A stretch of DNA of 64,000 nucleotides from Clostridia bacterium (GTDB taxonomy: Bacteria > Bacillota > Clostridia > UMGS1883): NCBI GenBank assembly GCA_045636425.1, contig JAZTXM010000002.1, positions 2,918 to 66,917 on the forward strand, written 5' to 3'. Position numbers and translations under genes: made by a program. Below the pieces are notes generated by a model. It was given only the letters and a program-made list of their open reading frames with translations, was not told where the DNA came from and did not search any database. Positions within the stretch are counted from its first letter, which is position 1. Every line of letters starts with the position of its first letter. Below, one piece after another: positions 1 to 10,614 of the stretch.

Positions 1-977
1 CCCTCCCTGCCAAGCTTTGCTATAATATCACCTGCTACCGCTATGAAAAACCCCAGGCTGGCAGACTTCGTGAGTTTCATCAGTTCGGTGCAGAGTGCTA
101 CGGCACAAGCGAGCCTTGCGTAGACGCTGAGGTAATCTCACTTGCAAAGACTATCTTAACGGAGCTTGGTATCAAAAAGCTTAGCCTTAATATCAACTCT
201 ATCGGTTGCCCCACTTGCCGCAAAAAATATAACGAGGCTTTAAAGGATTATTTCCGTCCTTATATTGAGGATGGTACACTTTGTCAGACCTGCCGCGACA
301 GATTTGAAAAGAATCCCCTTCGTATACTGGACTGCAAAAGCCCTGTTTGCGGAGAAATTGCCGATAAAGCCCCCGTGCTTCTTGATTATATCTGCGAGGA
401 ATGTCACGACCATTTTGAAGAAGTGAAAAAGCACCTTGAGGCTATGGGAATAAGCTACAATGTAGACGGTACAATCGTACGCGGACTTGATTATTATACA
501 AAGACTGTATTTGAGTTTAAAACTGCCCTCTCGGGTACTGCCGGAACGGTTTGCGGCGGTGGCAGATATGACGGGCTTATTGAGGAGCTTGGCGGTGCTT
601 CCACTCCGGGTATAGGCTTTGCAATGGGTATTGAAAGGATTATTCTTGCTCTTGAGGAGGCAGACGCACTGCCCGTTCTTGAAGATGTTCCCGATATCTT
701 CGTTGCAAATATCGGAGAGGAAACAAAGCTTTTTGTAACCGCTCTTACCGATAAGCTTCGCAAGGAAGGAATAAAATGCGAAAGGGATCTATGTGCAAGA
801 AGCCTTAAGGCTCAGATGAAATATGCCGATAAATGCGGTGCACGTTTCAGTATGGTAATCGGAACTGATGAGGCTGAAAAGAAAACTGCAATGCTTAAAA
901 ATATGAAAGAAAAAGAGCAGACAGAGGTTAGCCTTGAAAACCTTGACGATATTTTAAGTATAATAAAGGAGAAATAA
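1..977 (+). CDS. hisS: Histidine--tRNA ligase (5' end outside window)
   Basis: Frame is open from base 3 (YRYEKPQAGRLREFHQFG, class II motif 2). Also contains RGLDYY and GGGRYDGL plus the anticodon-binding C-terminus, and precedes aspS. Confidence 0.97.
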   Translation, partial: LPAKLCYNITCYRYEKPQAGRLREFHQFGAECYGTSEPCVDAEVISLAKTILTELGIKKLSLNINSIGCPTCRKKYNEALKDYFRPYIEDGTLCQTCRDRFEKNPLRILDCKSPVCGEIADKAPVLLDYICEECHDHFEEVKKHLEAMGISYNVDGTIVRGLDYYTKTVFEFKTALSGTAGTVCGGGRYDGLIEELGGASTPGIGFAMGIERIILALEEADALPVLEDVPDIFVANIGEETKLFVTALTDKLRKEGIKCERDLCARSLKAQMKYADKCGARFSMVIGTDEAEKKTAMLKNMKEKEQTEVSLENLDDILSIIKEK

Positions 978-979
978 AG

Positions 980-2779
980 ATGGATACAATCAAAGGATTA
1001 AAAAGAACATATATGTGCGGAGAGCTTCGCGAAAACCACATTGGAGAAACTGTAACCCTTATGGGTTGGGTTGCTAAGGCAAGAGATATGGGCGGTCTTG
1101 TTTTCGTTGATATCCGTGACAGAAGCGGTATTTCGCAGATAGTTTTTGAGCCGGGTAATGAGGAACTTCAAGAGAAAGCTTCCCAGCTTCACATGGAATA
1201 TGTAATTGCAGTAACAGGTACTGTAAGAATGAGAAGCAACATTAACGACAATATTCCCACAGGCAGGGTTGAAATCGAGGCAAGCGAGCTTCGTATTTTA
1301 AACACCTGTGACGTTACACCCTTTGTTATTACTGATGATGTTAAGGCGGGAGAAGACCTTCGCCTTAAATACCGTTACCTTGACCTTCGTAGACCCACCC
1401 TTGTTAATACGCTTAAGCTTCGTCACCGTGTTACGCAGGTTGCGAGAAGATACTTTGATGAAAACGGTTTCCTTGAAATCGAAACACCCATCCTTACAAA
1501 GAGTACACCCGAGGGTGCGCGTGACTATCTCGTTCCCAGCCGTGTGTATCCCGGTAACTTCTTCGCACTTCCCCAGTCTCCCCAGCAGTATAAGCAGCTT
1601 TTAATGCTGGGCGGTATGGACAGATATATTCAGATTGCAAAATGCTTCCGTGACGAGGATTTACGTGCTGACCGTCAGCCCGAATTCACACAGATTGACC
1701 TTGAAATGAGCTTCGTGGACGAAGATGATGTAATGAATATGAACGAGGGCTTCCTTAAGAGAGTGTTTAAGGAAGTGCTTGATTATGATGTAACACTTCC
1801 CCTCCCCCGTCTTACATGGCAGGAGGCAATGGACCGCTTCGGCTCCGATAAGCCCGATACAAGATTCGGTCTTGAGCTTTGCGATATGAGCGAGCTTTTC
1901 GACGGATGCGGCTTTGGTGCATTTGCCGATACTGTTAAAAACGGCGGAACAGTCCGCGCAATCAATGCAAAGGGACTTTCCGATAAGCTTACAAGAAAGA
2001 CACTTGATAACCTTGTTGAATTTGTAAAGACATACAAGGCAAAGGGTATGGCTTGGCTTATCGTGGATGAAAATGAAATCCGTGGCTCTATTGCAAAATT
2101 CTTCTCCCCCGATGAGCTTAAAGCAATTGCAGACAAGGCTAATGCATCTGCAGGGGACGTTATCCTCTTTGTTGCTGACCTTAAGGCAAGCGTTGTTTAT
2201 GCATCGCTGGGTGCATTGCGTTGTGAAATTGCAAAGAGATTTGACCTTATTCCCGAGGGATTGTTCAATCTCCTTTGGGTTACAGATTTCCCGCTTCTTG
2301 AGTATGACGAGGAGGAAAACCGTTACGTTGCAATGCACCATCCCTTCACCTCTCCCAAGGACGAGGATATAGCACTTCTTGACACTGACCCCGGTAAGGT
2401 TCGTGCTAAGGCATACGATATTGTGCTTAACGGCTACGAGCTTGGCGGCGGCAGCATCCGTATTTACGACCATGCTATGCAGCAGAAAATGTTTGAATGT
2501 CTCGGCTTTACTGCTGAGCAGGCACAGGAAAGATTCGGTTATCTTCTCAATGCGTTCCGCTACGGCACACCTCCTCACGGCGGACTTGCATACGGTCTTG
2601 ACAGAATCGTAATGCTGATGGCAAATTGCGACTCTATCCGTGATACAATTGCATTCCCCAAGGTTAAGGACAGCGGCGAGCTGATGATTCAGTCACCCGA
2701 CGTGGTTGATAAAAAACAGCTTGACGAACTTGGACTCGCTATCGTTAATGGAGTAGACCGCTGTGCAAATGCGGAATGA
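980..2779 (+). CDS. aspS: Aspartate--tRNA ligase
   Basis: STPEGARDYLVPSR, FRDEDLRADRQPEFTQID, HHPFT and GTPPHGGLAYGLDR motifs. Confidence 0.98.
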   Translation: MDTIKGLKRTYMCGELRENHIGETVTLMGWVAKARDMGGLVFVDIRDRSGISQIVFEPGNEELQEKASQLHMEYVIAVTGTVRMRSNINDNIPTGRVEIEASELRILNTCDVTPFVITDDVKAGEDLRLKYRYLDLRRPTLVNTLKLRHRVTQVARRYFDENGFLEIETPILTKSTPEGARDYLVPSRVYPGNFFALPQSPQQYKQLLMLGGMDRYIQIAKCFRDEDLRADRQPEFTQIDLEMSFVDEDDVMNMNEGFLKRVFKEVLDYDVTLPLPRLTWQEAMDRFGSDKPDTRFGLELCDMSELFDGCGFGAFADTVKNGGTVRAINAKGLSDKLTRKTLDNLVEFVKTYKAKGMAWLIVDENEIRGSIAKFFSPDELKAIADKANASAGDVILFVADLKASVVYASLGALRCEIAKRFDLIPEGLFNLLWVTDFPLLEYDEEENRYVAMHHPFTSPKDEDIALLDTDPGKVRAKAYDIVLNGYELGGGSIRIYDHAMQQKMFECLGFTAEQAQERFGYLLNAFRYGTPPHGGLAYGLDRIVMLMANCDSIRDTIAFPKVKDSGELMIQSPDVVDKKQLDELGLAIVNGVDRCANAE

Positions 2780-2854
2780 GGCACAGCGGGTGTATAAAAA
2801 CAGCACCGACCGCATAAAGCATTAATATTATATAAATTCAGTAATTGCTAATAT

Positions 2855-3040
2855 TGTAGGTTGGTTTCTTTTATGGGTAAAAATTCGCTCTGCGAATTTT
2901 AGGATTGGAGCTTTATGCTACGAACAAACTTCACCTCTCGACGTACCCTCGTACGCCTTCGGGTAACCCCCTGCGGGGTTCAGTTTGTCCGTTCTGCACT
3001 ATTTTTCTCCACCCTCCTCTACCGAGAATCAACCGCATTG
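2855..3040. other. Multi-branched structured intergenic element (REP-like or ncRNA)
   Basis: Nested inverted repeats: GGTTGGTTTCT/AGAATCAACC, AAAATTCGC-TCT-GCGAATTTT, ACAAACT/AGTTTGT, CGTAC-CCTC-GTACG, AACCCC-CTGC-GGGGTT. Confidence 0.5.
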
Positions 3041-3059
3041 CCGAAAGGAAGTGAGCACA

Positions 3060-4364
3060 TTGTCAGCACAAATTAAATTCGTGGAAAAAGGCAGTATTGC
3101 TGAAGAAATAGGGCTTGAAGCAGGCGATATAATTGAAAAAATAAACGGCGTTGAGATTAAGGACGTGCTTGACTACCGCTTCCTTATAAATGATGAGTTT
3201 ATTACGCTGACAGTAAAAACCAAACAGGGTGAGATTGCCGAGGTTGACATTGAAAAGGATGCCTATGAGCCTCTTGGCGTGGAATTTGAAAACTCCCTTA
3301 TGGACAAACCTCTGCACTGCACAAACAAATGTGTTTTCTGCTTTATAGACCAATTGCCAAAGGGTATGAGGGAAAGCCTTTATTTCAAGGATGATGATAC
3401 ACGGCTTTCATTCTTTCAGGGGAATTATGTGACCTTTACAAATCTTGACGATGATGAAATTGACAGGATTATAAGACTTCGTATAAGTCCCATAAATATT
3501 TCAGTGCATACGATGAATCCCGATTTAAGGGTGAAAATGCTGAAAAACCCGAAAGCGGCAAGGCTTCCCGAAATTATGCAACGCCTGTGCGATAACGGCA
3601 TTATAATGAACTGCCAGATTGTACTCTGCCCCGGTTTTAACGACGGGGACGAGCTTTCCTATACGATAGAAAAGCTTTATGGAATGCGTGAATGTGTGAA
3701 AAGCGTTTCCGTTGTTCCTATTGGTTTGACAAAGCACCGAGAGGGGCTTTGCCCCATGACAGCGGTGGATGGCAATAAGGCAAAGGAGCTTATAGCCGAA
3801 ATCGAAAAATGGCAGAAAAAAGCAAGAGAAGAAATAGGAACAGGCTTTGTATATGCTTCGGATGAGATCTATCTTAAAGCAGGGTATGTGATACCCGAAA
3901 GCAATGCTTACTACGGTTTTCCGCAGATTGAAAACGGCGTTGGTATGATAGCATCACTTCGGGAGGAACTCAGGGATGCATTAACATCCTCCCCCGCTAT
4001 GAAAAAGAATCGCACCGTAACCCTCGTAACAGGGGCGGCGGTACATAGCACAATGTGTACCTTTGCAGAGGAAATAACAAAAAAATATCCCAACATTAAA
4101 ATAAATGTAGAAAAAATCATCAACAACTTTTTCGGTGAGCAGATTAGTGTATCGGGACTTTTGTGCGGCTGTGATATTATAGAGCAGCTCCGCGGGAAAG
4201 ATATGGGTGACAATCTGATTATTACCAAAAATATGCTCCGTGACGGTGAAAACGTACTTTTGGACGATGTTACGACGGAGGATATAGAAAGAGAGCTTAA
4301 TACAAAAATCATTGCCGTTGGCGATGACGGATATGAGCTTTTGGATGCGATATTGGGAAATTAA
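3060..4364 (+). CDS. DUF512 family Fe-S (radical SAM-like) protein with N-terminal PDZ domain
   Basis: CTNKCVFC (CxxxCxxC), DQLPKGMRESLYFKDDD and QIENGVG. TTG start at 3060 follows RBS AAGGAAGTG. This family commonly lies upstream of der. Confidence 0.9.
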   Translation: MSAQIKFVEKGSIAEEIGLEAGDIIEKINGVEIKDVLDYRFLINDEFITLTVKTKQGEIAEVDIEKDAYEPLGVEFENSLMDKPLHCTNKCVFCFIDQLPKGMRESLYFKDDDTRLSFFQGNYVTFTNLDDDEIDRIIRLRISPINISVHTMNPDLRVKMLKNPKAARLPEIMQRLCDNGIIMNCQIVLCPGFNDGDELSYTIEKLYGMRECVKSVSVVPIGLTKHREGLCPMTAVDGNKAKELIAEIEKWQKKAREEIGTGFVYASDEIYLKAGYVIPESNAYYGFPQIENGVGMIASLREELRDALTSSPAMKKNRTVTLVTGAAVHSTMCTFAEEITKKYPNIKINVEKIINNFFGEQISVSGLLCGCDIIEQLRGKDMGDNLIITKNMLRDGENVLLDDVTTEDIERELNTKIIAVGDDGYELLDAILGN

Positions 4365-4382
4365 ATAAGGGAGGTACTCTTT

Positions 4383-5999
4383 ATGAAAAAGCTTGCAGTT
4401 TTATTTTCAATTATCATCGTTTGCTTTGCATCAAATGCCTATGCGAAAGAAACCGCAGTTTTACCTGCCTTTGATGTGCATTTTAACGGAAACAAGGTAG
4501 ACAGCACATATAGGGAATATCCCCTGCTTGTGTATAAGGACATTACATACTTCCCTATGACCTATTTTGACAGTCGTCATCTGGGACTTGTGACAGAGTG
4601 GGACGAAAAAACAAATACACTTACCATATCTAAGAAAAATATAAACTCTGTTCTTACTGCTTACAAAAGCGAAAATAAGAACACGAAAAACAACAATGTT
4701 AATATATGCAATTTTAATATTATCGTAAATGCTAAAAAAATTGATAATAAAAAAGAAGAATATCCCCTTATAACATTTCGTGATGTGACATATTTTCCGC
4801 TGACATGGCGTTTTGCGGTGGATGAATTTGGCTGGGAATACTCTTTTGACAGCGAAAACGGACTTACGATAAATTCAGCTAATCACAGGGTAAAGATGCT
4901 TGATTTATCTGCATTGGAAATGAACTCCTATTATGACGGCTTTACTTGTGACGGAGAGTATTATTACCATCATAATTCAGCCACGGGTTATATTTACAGA
5001 ACACCTGTTAATGACCGAAGCCAACAGGAGGTTATTCATCATATCGGAAGCGGAATTCCCGCAGGACTAAGTTATGCAGACGGAAAGGTATACCTTTCCT
5101 ACTATTCGGGCGGTGCTACTATGGGTACAAGCCACCGATACTATATTAATAAGGATAAAACCCTTACTAAGCTTGAAAGTCCGAAAGTGGGGATAGTAAC
5201 TTACTATCGTGCCTACGGTGATGGAATTACGGCTGAATTATCCTTCTTTACCGGAACTTGGGAGTTTTTCTACTATATCGGAGATAAAAAAACCGATGTT
5301 AAAATCCCCGGCATTTTCTTTGGCACGCCGGGACGACATTCATCAAGCGAGGTTATTCCTCCGCAAATTGCAGGAGATAACATTTATGTAATCGGCTATA
5401 AGGGTGAGGAAGAAATAAAGACCTTAATTTCCGTAAATGTTAAGAGCGGTGAAATTTTGGAAATAGCTTCAAATGTTGATAATTTTGAAGCATACGACAC
5501 TTTTGTTGACGGAATAAAAATAATATATTCCGCCAAAGGTAAGCTTTATCAATACCACACCGAAACAAAAGAGCTTTTTGAAATCGATAATGATTCAAAG
5601 CCGCTTATTATGATGGTGCCGATGGTACGAAAAGATATCAGCACCACCGAAAGCAACCCGTATCAGGGTATGTATGTTGTAACGGGTGATGAAGAGGGCT
5701 GCAGCGTGTTTATGTTTGGCGACTACAGGGGAAAAGACCCGCAGCCACGTCAGGGAACGTTAATTATGGAGTTTTCACCCAAGACAAGCTTTGGTTATCA
5801 AAACGGCTATTTAATAGCAAGGGACAAGTCTGAAAACCCCGAAGCAAGGCTCGTTGTTTTCGACCCGTGGAATGGTTTTTATGTAAAATCCCCATTCAGA
5901 AGTGCAGATGATGCAACTGCAATTACTATTTTCGGAAATACATTGATTTATAGAAATATAGAAACAGGAGAATTTTGCGAGGTTACACTGAAACCTTAA
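4383..5999 (+). CDS. Secreted protein with tandem copper-amine-oxidase-N/stalk-like repeats and probable beta-propeller (DUF5050-like) C-terminus
   Basis: Signal peptide ending AYA. Two internal repeats YPLLVYKDITYFPMT / YPLITFRDVTYFPLT. Tyr-rich, beta-strand-like C-terminus. Confidence 0.65.
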   Translation: MKKLAVLFSIIIVCFASNAYAKETAVLPAFDVHFNGNKVDSTYREYPLLVYKDITYFPMTYFDSRHLGLVTEWDEKTNTLTISKKNINSVLTAYKSENKNTKNNNVNICNFNIIVNAKKIDNKKEEYPLITFRDVTYFPLTWRFAVDEFGWEYSFDSENGLTINSANHRVKMLDLSALEMNSYYDGFTCDGEYYYHHNSATGYIYRTPVNDRSQQEVIHHIGSGIPAGLSYADGKVYLSYYSGGATMGTSHRYYINKDKTLTKLESPKVGIVTYYRAYGDGITAELSFFTGTWEFFYYIGDKKTDVKIPGIFFGTPGRHSSSEVIPPQIAGDNIYVIGYKGEEEIKTLISVNVKSGEILEIASNVDNFEAYDTFVDGIKIIYSAKGKLYQYHTETKELFEIDNDSKPLIMMVPMVRKDISTTESNPYQGMYVVTGDEEGCSVFMFGDYRGKDPQPRQGTLIMEFSPKTSFGYQNGYLIARDKSENPEARLVVFDPWNGFYVKSPFRSADDATAITIFGNTLIYRNIETGEFCEVTLKP

Positions 6000-6012
6000 G
6001 GAGGTACTCTTT

Positions 6013-7638
6013 ATGAAAAAGATTGCGATTTTATTTACCATCATCATTCTTTCTATAGCATCAAATGCATATGCAAAGGAGTTTGCCACTATCCCCTCCT
6101 GCTCCGTTACATTAAGTGGACAGAGCGTGGATAATTCCTACAGACAGTTTCCGCTACTGCAGTATAAAGACATCGTATACTTCCCCATGACATACTACGA
6201 TTGCCGTTTCCTTGGCGTTGCTACCAAGTGGAACACTGATACAAGCACTCTCGAAATTTCCAAGGAAAATATTTCGGGTGCATTCCGTAATTACAATTGG
6301 GAATGGAAAAACGGAAAATCAAACGAAATTTCAATATGTAATTTTAATATCATAGTAAACGGAAAAGCTATTGACAACAAAAACGAAGAATACCCTCTCA
6401 TTCTTTTCCGTGATGTTACATACTTCCCCCTCACTTGGCGTTTTGCCGTTGATGAATTCGGGTGGGAATACAGTTACGATGATAAAAACGGGCTTATTAT
6501 AAACGCTGATAACTATATTTGCAAAACGCTTGATTTGCCCGATTTAAGAACGCAGATCAATCCCGATGGTGCGACCGACGGAACATATTATTACTATACG
6601 GGTAATGATAAAAAGATTTATCGCTCCCCCGTAGATAATCCTTCCGCAAATGAACTCATATATACAACTGCTCATAACTACTATCTCGAAGGCGGAAATA
6701 ACAATATAGATTTTTCCGTTGAAAATGGGAATGTGTATATGGCTTATCGCACAGGTGCCTCAATGGGTACAAATTACCGCTTGAAAATCAATCCCGATGG
6801 CACCGTAGAGGACACACGAGAGGGCAGTTACCACGAAAGTTTTGCAGGCGGAAGCGAAACACGATATGACTGTGATGGCTTTATTGTAAGAGTGTACCGT
6901 GGCGGAAAAGGAAATTCCCGTATCCTCTGGCAGATGGACGGCTCGGAAGATTATGTTGAAATTACTTCCGACGGAATTGTTTTTGCCGAAATAAATATTG
7001 ACGAAAACCTCTCCGATTATACCAGTGTTTCGATATTAGGAAATAACCTCTACTTTGCAGGTTATAATAAAGAAAATGGCGAAAACAATCTGTACTCCTA
7101 CAATATTGAAACAAAAGCTCTTACTCTTATAGCAAAAGATATAACGGGTTCGGTAGTTTTTACAGGTTGGGATAACGAAACAAACAGTAATTCCGATATG
7201 ATTGTTTATTATAATAACGGTAAGATATACCGCTATTCGAGTGCAAGCGGTAAAACAATCGTGCTTAAGGAAAACTCTCTCCCCTTGGTAAACGGTGTAT
7301 GTTATCAGGGCACGCTATATCTTTACACAGAGAGCGAGGAAAAATCTGCGGTGGATTGTTACCCGAACTACGGTACCGGAAGCGGTGCGGGAACTACTAT
7401 TTTTGAAACAACGCTCCCCACGGATGTGTATGTCAGGGACGGAATGCTTATTACCGAGTCTGTCGGAGATACAGACGGAGACAAAGACATACGCACCTGC
7501 GCATTCAATAACCCTTATCACTTTTTCCGTTCAAGTGACAGCATTTATTCGAACTTTTTCCTTGGCAACGGTAAACTTATATTTACTCCCGACGATATGA
7601 CAACGCTTGTGGAAGTAGATTTGAATAAGACATTTTAA
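6013..7638 (+). CDS. Paralogous secreted protein (same N-terminal repeats, divergent C-terminus)
   Basis: Same RBS/start context GGAGGTACTCTTTATGAAAAAG. Shares FRDVTYFPLTWRFAVDEFGWEYS with the upstream gene. Confidence 0.65.
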   Translation: MKKIAILFTIIILSIASNAYAKEFATIPSCSVTLSGQSVDNSYRQFPLLQYKDIVYFPMTYYDCRFLGVATKWNTDTSTLEISKENISGAFRNYNWEWKNGKSNEISICNFNIIVNGKAIDNKNEEYPLILFRDVTYFPLTWRFAVDEFGWEYSYDDKNGLIINADNYICKTLDLPDLRTQINPDGATDGTYYYYTGNDKKIYRSPVDNPSANELIYTTAHNYYLEGGNNNIDFSVENGNVYMAYRTGASMGTNYRLKINPDGTVEDTREGSYHESFAGGSETRYDCDGFIVRVYRGGKGNSRILWQMDGSEDYVEITSDGIVFAEINIDENLSDYTSVSILGNNLYFAGYNKENGENNLYSYNIETKALTLIAKDITGSVVFTGWDNETNSNSDMIVYYNNGKIYRYSSASGKTIVLKENSLPLVNGVCYQGTLYLYTESEEKSAVDCYPNYGTGSGAGTTIFETTLPTDVYVRDGMLITESVGDTDGDKDIRTCAFNNPYHFFRSSDSIYSNFFLGNGKLIFTPDDMTTLVEVDLNKTF

Positions 7639-7663
7639 CTAATTAAGAAAGGGGCAAAAAGAA

Positions 7664-8989
7664 ATGTCAAAGCCCATTATTGCCATAGTTGGCAGACCGA
7701 ATGTGGGTAAATCCACATTATTTAATAAAATAGCAGGAAAGCGCATATCTATTGTTGAGGATACGCCCGGCGTTACCCGTGACCGTATATTTGCGGACGG
7801 TGAATGGTGCGGAAAAACCTTTACCATGATTGACACGGGCGGTATCGAGCCGTATTCAAAGGATATTATCCTTGAACAGATGAGGATGCAGGCGGAGTTT
7901 GCAATCGATATGGCGCACGTGATAATTTTTATGACCGATATCCGTGACGGTATGACAGCGGCAGACCAGGAGGTTTGCACAATGCTTCAAAAGTCGGGGA
8001 AACCCATCGTGCTTGTTGTAAACAAGGTTGACACCCCCGGTGAGCCGCCACTTGATTTCTATGAATTTTACAATCTTGGACTTGGCGACCCCATTGCAAT
8101 TTCTTCGCTCCACAAAATGGGTGTTGGCGATGTTCTGGACGAATGTGTAAAGCACTTCCCCACCGCCGAGGAGGAGGAAGAGGACGATACTATCAAGATT
8201 GCCATTGTTGGTAAGCCAAACGCAGGCAAAAGCTCCCTTGTAAATAAACTTTTGGGAGAAAACCGAGTGATTGTATCAAACATTGCAGGAACTACACGTG
8301 ACAGCATAGATACACTCTATGAGCATAACGGAGAAAAGTATACACTTATCGATACGGCAGGAATCCGCAGAAAATCAAAGGTAACGGATTCTCTTGAACG
8401 CTACAGCGTTATCCGTTCATACAGTGCTGTTGAGCGTTGTGATGTGTGCCTTATTATGATTGATGCAACAGAGGGCATTTCCGAACAGGATGCCAAAATT
8501 GCAGGCTACGCCCATGACGAGGGCAAGGCATCCATTATTTGCGTAAATAAGTGGGATTTGGTCGAAAAGGATAACAGCAGTGTAAACGAATTTACTAAGG
8601 AAATCCACGAAAAATTAAGCTTTATGACATATGCGCCCATTCTCTTTATATCGGCACAGACGGGACAGAGGCTTAATAATATTTTTGAAATGGTGACATA
8701 TGTCACAAATCAGAACTCCATGCGTCTTCAGACAGGTGTGCTTAATGACTGCCTTGCAGAGGCTACAATGCGTGTTCAGCCGCCCAGTGACAAGGGTAAG
8801 AGATTAAAGCTTTATTATATGACGCAGGTCAGTGTAAAGCCTCCCACGTTTGTTATTTTTGTTAACGACCACGAGCTGGCACATTTCAGCTACATCCGCT
8901 ATATTGAAAACTGCATCCGTGATGCGTTCAATCTAAAGGCTACACCACTTAAGTTTATAGTTCGCGAAAGAAATAAGGAAACAAAATAA
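7664..8989 (+). CDS. der: Ribosome biogenesis GTPase Der (EngA)
   Basis: Two GTPase domains ([16 protein letters not shown]) and a KH-like C-terminus. Confidence 0.98.
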   Translation: MSKPIIAIVGRPNVGKSTLFNKIAGKRISIVEDTPGVTRDRIFADGEWCGKTFTMIDTGGIEPYSKDIILEQMRMQAEFAIDMAHVIIFMTDIRDGMTAADQEVCTMLQKSGKPIVLVVNKVDTPGEPPLDFYEFYNLGLGDPIAISSLHKMGVGDVLDECVKHFPTAEEEEEDDTIKIAIVGKPNAGKSSLVNKLLGENRVIVSNIAGTTRDSIDTLYEHNGEKYTLIDTAGIRRKSKVTDSLERYSVIRSYSAVERCDVCLIMIDATEGISEQDAKIAGYAHDEGKASIICVNKWDLVEKDNSSVNEFTKEIHEKLSFMTYAPILFISAQTGQRLNNIFEMVTYVTNQNSMRLQTGVLNDCLAEATMRVQPPSDKGKRLKLYYMTQVSVKPPTFVIFVNDHELAHFSYIRYIENCIRDAFNLKATPLKFIVRERNKETK

Positions 8990-9011
8990 GTTCGAAAGGG
9001 TTTGATTAACT

Positions 9012-9614
9012 TTGGCACTTAAAATTATACTATGCTTAATATTCGGCTACCTTTTCGGTTCGCTGAATTTTGCAATCATATATTCAAAATTAAAGGGTGA
9101 CGATATCCGAAACCACGGCAGCGGAAACGCCGGGGCTACCAATGTACTGCGTACCTACGGAAAGGGTGCGGCGGCAATTGTATTCGCTCTTGACATTTTA
9201 AAAGGCGTTATTGCCGTAATGATTACACGCATATTCTTTGATGATATGCTTTATGACTGCGTTTCAGCTCTCGGTGCGGTACTGGGACATAATTTCCCAC
9301 TTTATTACGGATTTAAGGGAGGCAAAGGCGTCGCAACAAGCCTGGCGGTACTTCTTGTTTTGAACTATCCCACGGCACTTATTGGGGTGGCGGCATTTAT
9401 AATTGTTGTCCTTGTTACAAAATATGTTTCGCTTTCATCGATTCTTGCGGCAGTGGCGGCAATGATAAGTGCGTTTGTATTTTTCAGAGTTAATGAATTT
9501 TCAATTTTCTGCTTGATTATAGGGACACTTTGCATATACAGACACCGTTCCAATATAAAAAGGCTTTTAAACGGTACCGAAAGCAAGCTTGGTCAGAAAA
9601 AGAAAGGACAATAA
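9012..9614 (+). CDS. plsY: Glycerol-3-phosphate acyltransferase PlsY
   Basis: GSGNAGATN and FKGGKGVAT motifs; der-plsY-gpsA synteny. Confidence 0.96.
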   Translation: MALKIILCLIFGYLFGSLNFAIIYSKLKGDDIRNHGSGNAGATNVLRTYGKGAAAIVFALDILKGVIAVMITRIFFDDMLYDCVSALGAVLGHNFPLYYGFKGGKGVATSLAVLLVLNYPTALIGVAAFIIVVLVTKYVSLSSILAAVAAMISAFVFFRVNEFSIFCLIIGTLCIYRHRSNIKRLLNGTESKLGQKKKGQ

Positions 9615-9615
9615 T

Positions 9616-10614
9616 ATGAAAATTTCAGTTATCGGCAGCGGCGGCTGGGGAACTGCAATTGCACTTCTCCTGTGCTCCAACGGACACGAAATCTGTCTGT
9701 GGTCATACAAAAAAGAAGAAAGCGAAAGACTTCGCCAGGATCGTGAAAACCGCGAATTCCTCCCGGGCGTAAGCTTTGGAGATTATAATATTACATTTAC
9801 AAGCGATATTGAGGAAGCGGCATCCTTTGGTGAAATTATTGTTTCCGCCGTTCCCTCGAAGGCTGTGCCTACTACAGCACGTGCCTTGGGAAAGGTAGCT
9901 GACGGAAAAACCCTTGTAAATATTTCAAAGGGTATTGATGAGGAAAGGCTTTGCCGTCTCAGCGAAACCTTTGAACATGAGATGCCCTCCTCTGTAGTGG
10001 CCGTTCTCAGCGGTCCTTCTCATGCAGAAGAGGTTGCACGTGGTATTCCCACAACAAATGTTATTGCCTGCAAGAATAGGGAAATGGCACAGAAGCTTCA
10101 GGATGTATTCATGTCCCCCACTTTCCGTGTATATACAAATGATGATGTCGCAGGGGTGGAATTTGGCGGTGCACTGAAAAATATTATTGCCCTTTGTGCC
10201 GGTATTACGGACGGCCTCGGCTACGGAGATAATACGAAAGCCGCCCTTATGACACGCGGAATTCACGAAATAACACGCCTGGGAGTAGCTTTGGGTGCAA
10301 AAAAGGAAACCTTTGCAGGGCTTTCGGGTATAGGCGACCTTATTGTAACATGTACCTCCATGCACAGCCGTAACCGCCGTGCAGGAATTCTTATCGGGCA
10401 GGGTAAAACACTTTCGGAGGCTCTGGATGAAGTTCATATGACCGTTGAGGGCGTATGTGCTACACAGGCCGCCTACAAGCTTTCTAAGAAGCATGGCATC
10501 GAAATGCCCATTGTAAGCGCGGCATACAAAGTCCTTTTTGAAAATGCCGACCCACGCAAAGCTGTGGCAGAGCTTATGACACGGGACAAAAAAAGCGAGG
10601 CTGATATACTTTGA
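9616..10614 (+). CDS. gpsA: NAD(P)H-dependent glycerol-3-phosphate dehydrogenase
   Basis: GSGGWGTA, SGPSHAEEV, GDLIVTC, HSRN motifs. Confidence 0.97.
   Translation: MKISVIGSGGWGTAIALLLCSNGHEICLWSYKKEESERLRQDRENREFLPGVSFGDYNITFTSDIEEAASFGEIIVSAVPSKAVPTTARALGKVADGKTLVNISKGIDEERLCRLSETFEHEMPSSVVAVLSGPSHAEEVARGIPTTNVIACKNREMAQKLQDVFMSPTFRVYTNDDVAGVEFGGALKNIIALCAGITDGLGYGDNTKAALMTRGIHEITRLGVALGAKKETFAGLSGIGDLIVTCTSMHSRNRRAGILIGQGKTLSEALDEVHMTVEGVCATQAAYKLSKKHGIEMPIVSAAYKVLFENADPRKAVAELMTRDKKSEADIL

Noticed and set aside
2985-3059. Track N-terminal extension of the DUF512 protein (likewise fic from 24264, yqfD from 14599, TM1266 from 27936, uvrC from 51871)
   Set aside because: Better RBS-supported starts lie downstream; the extensions run through regulatory DNA or neighbouring genes.
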